DNA of 32,000 nt, taken from Clostridia bacterium (GTDB lineage Bacteria; Bacillota; Clostridia; TANB77; CAG-508). The translations under genes were made by a program, and so were the position numbers. The DNA lies in assembly GCA_017409455.1 (NCBI GenBank), contig JAFQSS010000018.1:78043-110042 (forward strand), read 5' to 3'. The notes under the pieces were generated by a model. The model saw nothing but the letters and a program-made list of their open reading frames with translations, was not told where the DNA came from and made no database searches. Numbering within the stretch: position 1 is the first letter of the stretch; the number at the start of each line of letters is the position of its first letter. Positions 16,901 to 23,334 of this stretch are shown piece after piece.

Positions 16901-19241
16901 TTACATCTGTTGTATCATCTGTTGCATTTGAATTTTCTGTAAAATAAATTGTTGCATTTTGAGCTGTTAAACTTTTTAAAGTTGTTTCAAAAGTGTTTTC
17001 TGAATTTCCTGTTGTTGGAAGTTTCCCTAGTATTTCAACATTACTCATATCTGATTCTGTATTATTTACTAATGCAATTTCAAATTCAAGTTCCTCTCCC
17101 GCATTTTTGTTGAAAAGTTGTTGTGAAATTTCTTCACTTATTGATGTATTTGTATTTGATTTTAAATTAAAGTATTTAATCAATCCTGTTGGCGCTTGTA
17201 TTTTTACCTTTTGTTCAAATACACCTACATCCGTAGTTCCACCATAATATTCACTAGCATTTTCATTTGTATATATCATTTTTATTGCACTAGTTTGTGT
17301 TGCTACTAATTTTGATAATGTTATACTTAAATCAAGTGGTATATATAATTCTGATAATGTTCCTCCTGGATATTTTGTTTGTTCTCCATTTACTTTAATC
17401 TTGATTTGTTTTGTTGTTTCCTCATAATTATAATCTTCTATTACTATTTCATCATTATTAATTACGTTTTGTATAGTTGGAATTGTGTTAAACACTACTT
17501 TTTCTACTGCTGATGGCATCTGAATAGCTATTACTGGATTTTTATATAAATCGTATTCAACCCCTTCTGTAACTAGTGTAATTCCTAAAGTCACATTGTT
17601 TACTTCTGTAGTTGATAAATTAGCTTTGCTAAGTACTGTTAATTCAGCCTTCGAAACAGTTTCTTTTATTTCAACTCTTGCTTCCGCAGGATTTTCTACT
17701 GAGCTTGTTCCTTGTATAGAACTTGTTGTTTTAATTTCTTTTATTGTTTTTATTTGTGCTCTTGAGTAGTTATTTTCTGTCATAGTTTTTGTATGTTTTA
17801 TTTCTAGTATTCCTTCTGCCACTGGTTTACTTGCTACTATTTTCAATTCTTTTGCTGAATCTGTATAATTTATTACTATGTTTTCACTTTCGATTTGTGA
17901 AATATTTTTTATTTCCCCTAATAGTGCATCACCATTTTTTATTGTTATACTTCCATTAGTTCCTAATAGATTTAATAATTGTTGTTTGTTAATTTCTATA
18001 GATACATATTTTGCATCTGTATCTAATATTGTATCATCTGTTAAAACAAATTTATCTGAACTTTCATTTATAACTATTTCACTTGCTAGATTTACATTTG
18101 TTACTACTAGTGTTGTTGTTGTATCATAAGATATTTTTTGTTTTTCTGTTTCTTCTTTTACAACTGTATTTGCATATAATTGCCCTTTATATAATTCTGT
18201 TGTAGTAATTTCAGGATTTGCCATTATAACATTATTTGGTTCTTTATTTTCAATTCCTTTTATATGTTGTGCTTTATATGTGTTTTCAGAATTGTATACT
18301 TTCATTTCTGAATTTGTTGTTATATTTACATTACTTGCGTCTACACCTTCATCATATATGAATGTTACTACTACTTCATCACAACCATTTTTATACCAAG
18401 CTATTTGATCATTTCCATCTGCTTTATTACTTAAAGTAATTTCTACCACACCATTTTTAGTTGTATAATTACTTATATTTGTTCTTCCGTTTGCTGATAA
18501 TACACTAACTTCTGGTTCAGTTTCACTTAATTCAGGAATAGAAACACTTAATGTTGTTTGTTCTACTGGATATTGATTATCTAACAATTTTGATTTTATT
18601 AATAATTGTACTATTCGTTGATTTTTCTCACCAATCGAAAATACTTTGTTAGTTATAATATTAGTCTCTAATTCTGCTTGTGCATTTTCATCTACTTGAT
18701 AAATTACACCAACTTGTCTGCTAACAGGTGTAATTTCTTTTCCTTCTTCATTTTCTGAACTTATATAAGTACCTGTTAATTTAACTATTGCTGTTAATAG
18801 CATATCTACTGGCATTTTATCAGACATTATTGGTTCAATAGCTAATTCAATTTCTACAGTCTCTCCTGCGTTTATTTGTTTTAAGCTAATTTCATTACCT
18901 TTAATACTTGCAATTTCTGTTGATAAAATTTCGCTTTCTACGCTAAAATTGTCATCTAGAATTTCTATTGTTCCATTTGACAAATATCCTTCATTATTTA
19001 CTTTTATTTCAGCATATAATTTTAAGTTTTCATTTTTTATACTTTGCTCTACATTGCTAAGTTTTTGACCTGTTTTATCTTTAAAATATGCTGAAAATTC
19101 AATATTAGGCTCATCTGTAGCTGTCTCAATTTGATTTGTTGCATATGTTATCAAGCTTGAACCTAATACGAAGAAGTCTGTTGTTAATATTGTTATTATC
19201 ATTAATAGTGCCAATATCTTTTTTATTACTTTCTTCTCCAT
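13932..19241 (-). CDS. Giant cell-surface protein A (1769 aa): signal peptide, many DUF11/CARDB-like Ig-fold repeats, two SdrD-B-like domains, terminal DUF11 domain, LVSTG-like sorting signal + TM + basic tail
   Basis: MEKKVIKKILALLMIITILTTDFFVLGSSLITYA signal. Repeated ...V.Y...V.N.G... modules. ITGFAWLD..(N/D)G..D occurs twice. Terminal NNRAEIYQDYNEYGIADIDSTPNNQSQEEDD matches the DUF11 C-terminal pattern. Ends LVSTGGGSVVAYITLLITNIILIGIAVKLMIKNKIIKISTKRGRR. RBS AAGGAGG. Confidence 0.85.
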   Translation of the reverse strand: MEKKVIKKILALLMIITILTTDFFVLGSSLITYATNQIETATDEPNIEFSAYFKDKTGQKLSNVEQSIKNENLKLYAEIKVNNEGYLSNGTIEILDDNFSVESEILSTEIASIKGNEISLKQINAGETVEIELAIEPIMSDKMPVDMLLTAIVKLTGTYISSENEEGKEITPVSRQVGVIYQVDENAQAELETNIITNKVFSIGEKNQRIVQLLIKSKLLDNQYPVEQTTLSVSIPELSETEPEVSVLSANGRTNISNYTTKNGVVEITLSNKADGNDQIAWYKNGCDEVVVTFIYDEGVDASNVNITTNSEMKVYNSENTYKAQHIKGIENKEPNNVIMANPEITTTELYKGQLYANTVVKEETEKQKISYDTTTTLVVTNVNLASEIVINESSDKFVLTDDTILDTDAKYVSIEINKQQLLNLLGTNGSITIKNGDALLGEIKNISQIESENIVINYTDSAKELKIVASKPVAEGILEIKHTKTMTENNYSRAQIKTIKEIKTTSSIQGTSSVENPAEARVEIKETVSKAELTVLSKANLSTTEVNNVTLGITLVTEGVEYDLYKNPVIAIQMPSAVEKVVFNTIPTIQNVINNDEIVIEDYNYEETTKQIKIKVNGEQTKYPGGTLSELYIPLDLSITLSKLVATQTSAIKMIYTNENASEYYGGTTDVGVFEQKVKIQAPTGLIKYFNLKSNTNTSISEEISQQLFNKNAGEELEFEIALVNNTESDMSNVEILGKLPTTGNSENTFETTLKSLTAQNATIYFTENSNATDDTTDVTNGWTTETLPNAKLYLIQLDSLAQGNNYTASVKVQLPNEIVNGLESYTQYEVIYEIDGETKIEDSRRIWLKMVSDFEIELIAQVGQEILSNGDTVKEGEVVRYTTIVKNNTDQTFENLQLKAEVPEGTVVVEPVNGYVYSTNPFYYEEKAYMNEIDITIPTLVEGETYTTQYEVRVDMDAVTTVKEISNKAILVHNEKQIESQEMKNVLEESDIRLTMKRANDQSAQLLAGGTANYHICVENFSNKAIKNLEMQIISDVYNVINIKKYEGENIKNQEIYEENKTSISTIPANGNIIFEVYGKTINDVDDLSIYVKVGDSQENYRSNIVTEEFPNIEAEITLTSPQNNEAIKQGEEVTYNVTVKNTGETIDGNILIEGIISEYLEIETIYINGKIDLQTTDETDKLTYIETILNHIIHYETVTMQSGETLQMTIVAKAKEIPISADGNIITNKFDLKVYSVLEDTSEEVKHTLDSGKKNVITGFAWLDSNANGRKDNDESTLSGITVKLYNTVNNSYLKDDNGNIITTQTGTNGEYGFTTIPNGSYIIIFDHGMENYEPTIYQANGTESSESSKAKLENIIVNGNTITVAGIELNNIEDEIIANANIGLKDKVVIPPDDGGAEDSEKPEVPGDGGTEEPEKPVEEKKEITGFAWLDLDRDGEKDDKEKSLEGIKVKIYDVSTKDYFKNNDGNIVQTKTDSEGKYKFTNIPKGSYIVIFEYDTEEYEPTTYLANGVDTTKNSKVVLKKININGEEKIIAVTDTINVQENISNINIGLKEKLIFDLEIQKYISRIVVQDSKETKSYDYENDTFAKVEIHRKRINCSLVVLEYTIKVKNGGEAAGYAKNIIDYLPSGLTFSSELNTDWYLSGNYLYTKSLENVELQPGEEKEIKLILTKTMTGENTGLINNRAEIYQDYNEYGIADIDSTPNNQSQEEDDLGSADVIILVSTGGGSVVAYITLLITNIILIGIAVKLMIKNKIIKISTKRGRR
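14568..15464 (-). repeat. Tandem duplication of a ~130-aa SdrD-B-like domain (period 504 nt) separated by a Pro/Glu/Gly-rich linker that contains its own short duplication
   Basis: Both copies start with an identical ATAACTGGATTTGCATGG (ITGFAW), at 15464 and 14960. The linker is VVIPPDDGGAEDSEKPEVPGDGGTEEPEKPVEEKKE. Confidence 0.7.
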
Positions 19242-19261
19242 TCTATTCTACCTCCTTATTT

Positions 19262-20926
19262 TTACTGTCCAGTTCCTACATGTATTATTTGTTTCATTGC
19301 ATTATATGTATCTTTTGATAATAGTGTTGTTGAAACCACTTTACCATTTAGTTTTGTAACTTTGTATGCCTCCACTTTTCTACCATTACTTCCTGATTGA
19401 ACTACTTTTTGTTGTCCTGCAGGTAAGCTTGGGTCTTGAACATATTCTGTTGTATATGCAATTGTTGAAACTTTCTTTGTTTCAATTGTTATGTCATATT
19501 CAACTTCTTCTTTTATTCCCCAAATTTGAACTGTTGCAACACCACCTTGTACTGTTGCGGTAATTCTTATTGGATGTTTTCTTGTGTTTTTAAATTTGAA
19601 ATCTTGTGATCCCCATACAACTGTAGCATCTTTTCCTGCTGGTACATAAGATGTTACAAATTGATGATTTCTTCTTACTGTTACATCTAAGTTTGCCATT
19701 ATAACTGCATCATATAATGTTGATGATATTTGACATATTCCTCCGCCTAAACCGTCTACAACTTTTCCTGCAGAGAATGTTGCTGCCATTTTAAATCCTG
19801 CAGCTACTGTTCTTTCTCCCACAGTTTTATTATAAGAAAACTCTTCTCCAGGTAATAAAACCGTTCCATTTATTTTGTTAGCCGCCAACTTTAAATTTGT
19901 TGTCCTGCTTGTGTTGCTTGCTTGATATTTTGTCGAAAATGTTGCTAATAAATCTGGAAAAGCTTCAGTTCCAATCTCCTTTGTTGTTTTGTTTGGTTTT
20001 GTAATTGTTAATGGAATTTCATATTGTTCTTTTTCCTCTGTGATTAATAATTTTGCATTTTCTATATCAAAATCTATTCCTTCTGATTCAGGATATATTG
20101 TAAATGGTTCTTTTGTATAATAAGCATCTTGTACTTTTTTATAAACTTCTTTATGTATTTTTTCGATACTTATTTCATCTGGTGTTGCTGTTATTAAAGG
20201 AATTATTATATTTTGTTCTCTATTCTCTTCTTTTACTACTCTGTATATTTCTTCTATTATTTGTTTTTCTTCTACTTTAAGCCCTTCTTTTCCAGATGTA
20301 ATAATGAGTTTGTCTTCTTCTCTATAATAACTTGGTTGAATTAGTCGTCCTTCTATGCTATTATTTATGTTTTGTATAACCTGATTCATCATATCTACAT
20401 CTACTGCCACTTCTAAGTCTATGTTTGTTCCTTTTATCCAAGCTTTTAGTATATCAAAATTGTCTTTTAACAAATTTCCACTTCTACCAATTTCATGCGC
20501 TTGCTTTATTGCCTTTTCTATTTGATATTCAACTTCAAGTGTTTTATATGTAGCACTTGTTTCAAATTCTTCATATGTGAAATATATTTCATTTTCGTCC
20601 TTTTGTAAGTATATTTCTTCTAATGTTTTTTTAGCTTCTTCTTCTGACATTTTTGATACATCAATTTGTGCAATTTTTATCCCCTTTATTATATTACTAT
20701 TCCCGAGATTTATTGCTGCAAATATTGTAGATAATATTGCAATTAATACTAATATCATTACCAGTGTTATTAAGACAATTTTCAGTTTACTTTTTTTATT
20801 GTCATTTGAGGTTGTTTGTTTTTCTTCTTTTGCATTCTCTAATGTTTTAATATTAATTTCTTCTTTTTCAATTACTTTTACAGTACTATTTTCTTGTTCA
20901 TTTAAATCATTCTTGTTTTCTTCCAT
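19262..20926 (-). CDS. VanW-family protein (YoaR-like): N-terminal TM anchor, PG_binding_4-like repeats, VanW domain, C-terminal G5 domain
   Basis: TM LKIVLITLVMILVLIAILSTIFAAI. VanW core LLPGEEFSYNKTVGERTVAAGFKMA...GGGICQISSTLY...RNHQ. G5-like tail TEYVQDPSLPAGQQKVVQSGSNGRKVEAYKVTKLNGKVV. RBS AAAAGGAG. First gene of the operon. Confidence 0.9.
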   Translation of the reverse strand: MEENKNDLNEQENSTVKVIEKEEINIKTLENAKEEKQTTSNDNKKSKLKIVLITLVMILVLIAILSTIFAAINLGNSNIIKGIKIAQIDVSKMSEEEAKKTLEEIYLQKDENEIYFTYEEFETSATYKTLEVEYQIEKAIKQAHEIGRSGNLLKDNFDILKAWIKGTNIDLEVAVDVDMMNQVIQNINNSIEGRLIQPSYYREEDKLIITSGKEGLKVEEKQIIEEIYRVVKEENREQNIIIPLITATPDEISIEKIHKEVYKKVQDAYYTKEPFTIYPESEGIDFDIENAKLLITEEKEQYEIPLTITKPNKTTKEIGTEAFPDLLATFSTKYQASNTSRTTNLKLAANKINGTVLLPGEEFSYNKTVGERTVAAGFKMAATFSAGKVVDGLGGGICQISSTLYDAVIMANLDVTVRRNHQFVTSYVPAGKDATVVWGSQDFKFKNTRKHPIRITATVQGGVATVQIWGIKEEVEYDITIETKKVSTIAYTTEYVQDPSLPAGQQKVVQSGSNGRKVEAYKVTKLNGKVVSTTLLSKDTYNAMKQIIHVGTGQ

Positions 20927-20952
20927 TTTTAACTCCTTTTACCTCTTATTAT

Positions 20953-20981
20953 ATAATACCATATATTCGTTTTTTTTACAA
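20953..20981 (-). promoter_or_regulatory. Candidate promoter of the vanW-adhesin operon (TTGTAA-17-TGgTATTAT)
   Basis: On the minus strand, -35 is at 20981-20976 and -10 at 20958-20953, about 27 nt upstream of the ATG. A-tract (UP-element-like) DNA lies immediately upstream. Confidence 0.5.
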
Positions 20982-21021
20982 TTTTTTTTGGCATTTTTTT
21001 GACATTTTTTTCACTTTTTTT
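20970..21021. repeat. Five helically phased T7-T8 tracts (starts 20970, 20982, 20994, 21005, 21015)
   Basis: Read directly from the sequence: T8-ACAA-T8-GGCA-T7-GACA-T7-CAC-T7. Spacing is 12/12/11/10 bp. More T/A runs continue to about 21090. Confidence 0.8.
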
Positions 21022-21094
21022 CTTATTAATATATATGCTTTTTTTGTTTTATTATTACTTTTCAAAATTTTTTACATTTTTTTTAAAAAAAGAC

Positions 21095-21123
21095 TTGAAT
21101 ATTGTAAAATTTAATATTATAAT
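21095..21123 (+). promoter_or_regulatory. Near-consensus promoter TTGAAT-17-TATAAT for the 159-aa gene
   Basis: -35 at 21095-21100 and -10 at 21118-21123, 31 nt upstream of the ATG at 21155. Confidence 0.55.
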
Positions 21124-21154
21124 ATCACTAACAAAAGATGAAGGAGTTTATAAA

Positions 21155-21634
21155 ATGGAGTTGACAAAAAACATATTTTTTAACACAGATAAATTAGTAG
21201 AAAATAGTAAAGTAAAAATTTCATATACAGGTGATTTATTCCAAAATGCATCTACAGATGTGTCTATTCATTATGGCTTTGGTGCTAATTGGGATAATGT
21301 TAGTGATGCAAAAATGGAGAAAACAGAACTTGGCTTTCAAATAGAAGTCGATCTTATTTCTAGTGACTTATTTAATTTCTGTTTTTATAATGAAAATGGA
21401 GAATGGGATAATAATTCTGGAAATAATTATGTGTTTCAAATCGAGAAAAAACCTGTAGAATTAATAGTATTAGATGATGAACCTGTATCATTAGGAAGTG
21501 CAAAAAAATTAAGAAAATCTTATATTTGGAGCAAAAAAATACGTTTGGCAGTATATAAAATTATTACATATCTACCAAAAATAATTTCTGGAAATTACAG
21601 AAAAAAAGCTTCAACAGAAACAAGTGAAAATTAA
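21155..21634 (+). CDS. Hypothetical protein with N-terminal carbohydrate-binding-module-like (CBM25/53-like) beta domain and a basic amphipathic C-terminal tail
   Basis: ATG at 21155 lies 8 nt after GAAGGAG; the track's upstream extension is an F/L-rich read-through of the T-tract region. The pattern HYGFGANWDN...GEWDNNSGNNY resembles starch/glycan-binding modules, from memory only. Tail: KKLRKSYIWSKKIRLAVYKIITYLPKIISGNYRKK. Confidence 0.55.
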   Translation: MELTKNIFFNTDKLVENSKVKISYTGDLFQNASTDVSIHYGFGANWDNVSDAKMEKTELGFQIEVDLISSDLFNFCFYNENGEWDNNSGNNYVFQIEKKPVELIVLDDEPVSLGSAKKLRKSYIWSKKIRLAVYKIITYLPKIISGNYRKKASTETSEN

Positions 21635-21640
21635 TTAATA

Positions 21641-21670
21641 AAACCGGAACTTTGAATGTTTCCGGTTTTT
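21641..21670. terminator. Bidirectional terminator (AAACCGGAA / TTCCGGTTT) between convergent genes
   Basis: 9-bp stem, 10-nt loop, T-run on the plus side and A-run before the stem. Confidence 0.65.
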
Positions 21671-21676
21671 ATATTT

Positions 21677-22390
21677 TTAAATTATTACCCAGCCACCATT
21701 AATTGAAATTATTTGGCCTGTTGTATATTGATCATTAATTAGCCATTCTACACATTTAGCAATATCAATTGTTTTACCAACCTTTTGTAAAGGTATTTCA
21801 TTTTTAATATTTTCAATATCTTCTTGTGTTAAATTTTTGTTCATATCTGTATCTATAATCCCTGGCGCAATAGAATTAACCCTTATATTTGAAGGACCTA
21901 ACTCTTTAGCTAACGATTTAGTCATTGCATCAATTCCAGCTTTTGCAATAGAATAAACAGTTTCACACGATGCTCCTACCATTCCCCAAATTGATGAAAT
22001 ATTTATTATACATCCAAATTTATTATGTATCATATTTGGTAATACTTCTTGTGTTACACAGAAAGCAGAATATAAATTTGTATTAATTATTTTTTGCCAA
22101 TCTTCATCTGTAACATCTGTAAATAATTTATTTTCAGATATTCCTGCATTGTTAACTAATACATCAATTTTACCATATTTCTTTAAAACATATTCTACCA
22201 TCTGTTTTACTTCTTCTCTCTTTGATACATCTGCTTTATATATTTCTATATTTGCATTTTCTTTTTGTAAATTTTGTGCTTGTTCTTCTGATTTATTATA
22301 ATTTGCAATTACTATATTTCCTTTTTGTGCTAAGTTTTTTGCAATTTCTCTCCCTATTCCTCTTGAAGCACCTGTTACAAGTATTGTCAT
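21677..22390 (-). CDS. SDR-family oxidoreductase (FabG-like 3-oxoacyl-ACP reductase)
   Basis: TGASRGIG cofactor motif, NNAG, and the S...YSIAK catalytic triad. ATG at 22390 lies 7 nt after GGAGG; the track's 22450 start would translate through the terminator palindrome. Confidence 0.9.
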   Translation of the reverse strand: MTILVTGASRGIGREIAKNLAQKGNIVIANYNKSEEQAQNLQKENANIEIYKADVSKREEVKQMVEYVLKKYGKIDVLVNNAGISENKLFTDVTDEDWQKIINTNLYSAFCVTQEVLPNMIHNKFGCIINISSIWGMVGASCETVYSIAKAGIDAMTKSLAKELGPSNIRVNSIAPGIIDTDMNKNLTQEDIENIKNEIPLQKVGKTIDIAKCVEWLINDQYTTGQIISINGGWVII

Positions 22391-22415
22391 ATTACTACCT
22401 CCAAACGAAAAGTTT

Positions 22416-22438
22416 AAAAAGGGACCAGGTCCCTTTTT
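22416..22438. terminator. Bidirectional intrinsic terminator AAAAAGGGACCAGGTCCCTTTTT (copy 3 of 3, inverted orientation)
   Basis: Exact reverse complement of the 23-mer at 4673 and 7702. Lies downstream of the tRNA operon and only 25 nt upstream of the SDR start codon. Confidence 0.7.
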
Positions 22439-22498
22439 CATTTTAAGCAAAATAAAAAGTCAATAATTAAGAGATACCTCAAAACTATTGACCTTATA

Positions 22499-22575
22499 TG
22501 GAGCCACTTCCCAGATTCGAACTGGGGACCCCCGCATTACAAGTGCGGTGCTCTGGCCAGCTGAGCTAAAGTGGC
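22499..22575 (-). tRNA. tRNA-Thr (anticodon TGT), CCA encoded
   Basis: Reverse complement: GCCACTT acceptor, GCTCAGCTGGCCAGAGC D-arm, CCGCA-CTTGTAA-TGCGG anticodon arm, CCCAGTTCGAATCTGGG T-arm, and AAGTGGC-T-CCA. Confidence 0.9.
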
Positions 22576-22579
22576 GTTG

Positions 22580-22654
22580 TGGTGACCCCTACGGGAATCG
22601 AACCCATGTCTCCGCCGTGAAAGGGCGATGTCTTAACCGCTTGACCAAGGGGCC
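22580..22654 (-). tRNA. tRNA-Glu (anticodon TTC), CCA encoded
   Basis: Reverse complement: GGCCCCT acceptor, anticodon arm TCGCC-CTTTCAC-GGCGG, T-arm CATGGGTTCGATTCCCGT, and AGGGGTC-A-CCA. Confidence 0.9.
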
Positions 22655-22689
22655 ATATGGAGAATTCTAATATTTTATACTAGAATTCT

Positions 22690-22765
22690 TGGTGAGCTAT
22701 CCGCGACTCGAACGCGGGACAACTTGATTAAAAGTCAAGTGCTCTACCACCTGAGCTAATAGCCC
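22690..22765 (-). tRNA. tRNA-Lys (anticodon TTT), CCA encoded
   Basis: Reverse complement: GGGCTAT acceptor, anticodon arm CTTGA-CTTTTAA-TCAAG, T-arm CCGCGTTCGAGTCGCGG, and ATAGCTC-A-CCA. Confidence 0.9.
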
Positions 22766-22793
22766 ATATGCTTGTGTCACACAACGCTTTTAT

Positions 22794-22822
22794 ATATTAC
22801 ACCATTTTTAATTAATTGTCAA
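22794..22822 (-). promoter_or_regulatory. Promoter of the tRNA Lys-Glu-Thr operon (TTGACA-17-TAATAT)
   Basis: On the minus strand, -35 is at 22822-22817 and -10 at 22799-22794, about 29 nt upstream of the first tRNA. Confidence 0.6.
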
Positions 22823-22856
22823 TACATTTTTCGAAATTTTTTTATTTTTTTGTGTT

Positions 22857-23042
22857 TTAAGCATTTAATTTTGCAAGAACTTCATCTACATCTATCCCGT
22901 GTACTTCACAAGCTTCTTCTAAAGTTTCCATTTGAGAAGCAGGACATCCAATACAATGCATTCCACATTCCATCAATATTTCTGCTTTTTCTGGAGCAAT
23001 TTGTAGAATCTCTCCTATTTTTGTATCTTTGTTAAATTTCAT
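22857..23042 (-). CDS. DUF1858-domain small redox protein (hybrid-cluster-protein-associated disulfide protein family)
   Basis: 61 aa: MKFNKDTKIGEILQIAPEKAEILMECGMHCIGCPASQMETLEEACEVHGID. The CxGCP motif and overall pattern are typical of this family. RBS AGGAGG. Confidence 0.75.
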   Translation of the reverse strand: MKFNKDTKIGEILQIAPEKAEILMECGMHCIGCPASQMETLEEACEVHGIDVDEVLAKLNA

Positions 23043-23100
23043 ATTAACCTCCTATATTTTCATAGTTTTTTAAATTTTATCATAAAATTTTAAAAAAGTA

Positions 23101-23129
23101 TAGACATTTTAAAAAAATTATTGTATTAT
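23101..23129 (+). promoter_or_regulatory. Candidate promoter of the T4SS-like operon (TAGACA-17-TGTATTAT, extended -10)
   Basis: -35 at 23101-23106 and -10 at 23124-23129 with TG at 23122-23123, 21 nt upstream of the small ORF's ATG. Confidence 0.5.
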
Positions 23130-23149
23130 GTTTATCGAAAAAGGCGGTG

Positions 23150-23302
23150 ATGGCATTTAGTACATTAATAACAATCTTTTTTATCATTTATATTATTAAT
23201 TTTTTTATTACTTTATATTCAATTTATACATTTTTTGATATGAAATTATTTCATAATTTACAAGGTTCTAAATTAAAAATCAAACAAAAAACGGAGGTAT
23301 AA
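23150..23302 (+). CDS. Small (50 aa) single-pass membrane protein, first gene of the T4SS-like operon
   Basis: Below the track's size cut-off; translated manually as MAFSTLITIFFIIYIINFFITLYSIYTFFDMKLFHNLQGSKLKIKQKTEV*. AAGGCGGTG RBS abuts the ATG. Hydrophobic helix followed by a Lys-rich tail. Its last codons contain the GGAGG that serves the next gene. Confidence 0.45.
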   Translation: MAFSTLITIFFIIYIINFFITLYSIYTFFDMKLFHNLQGSKLKIKQKTEV

Positions 23303-23334
23303 TTATAAAACGATTTACATTTACTATCATATTT

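Noticed and set aside
20999-21154. 52-codon N-terminal extension of the 211-aa ORF.
   Set aside because: It is a Phe/Leu-rich translation of the phased T-tracts and of the promoter itself. The true start, ATG 21155, follows GAAGGAG.
22488-22670. 60-aa plus-strand ORF.
   Set aside because: It is the antisense read of tRNA-Thr and tRNA-Glu. The GC-rich tRNA sequence simply lacks stop codons.
22655-22689. Perfect 9-bp inverted repeat AGAATTCTA / TAGAATTCT between tRNA-Glu and tRNA-Lys.
   Set aside because: Most simply an inter-tRNA spacer hairpin (processing signal). It is too small to interpret further.
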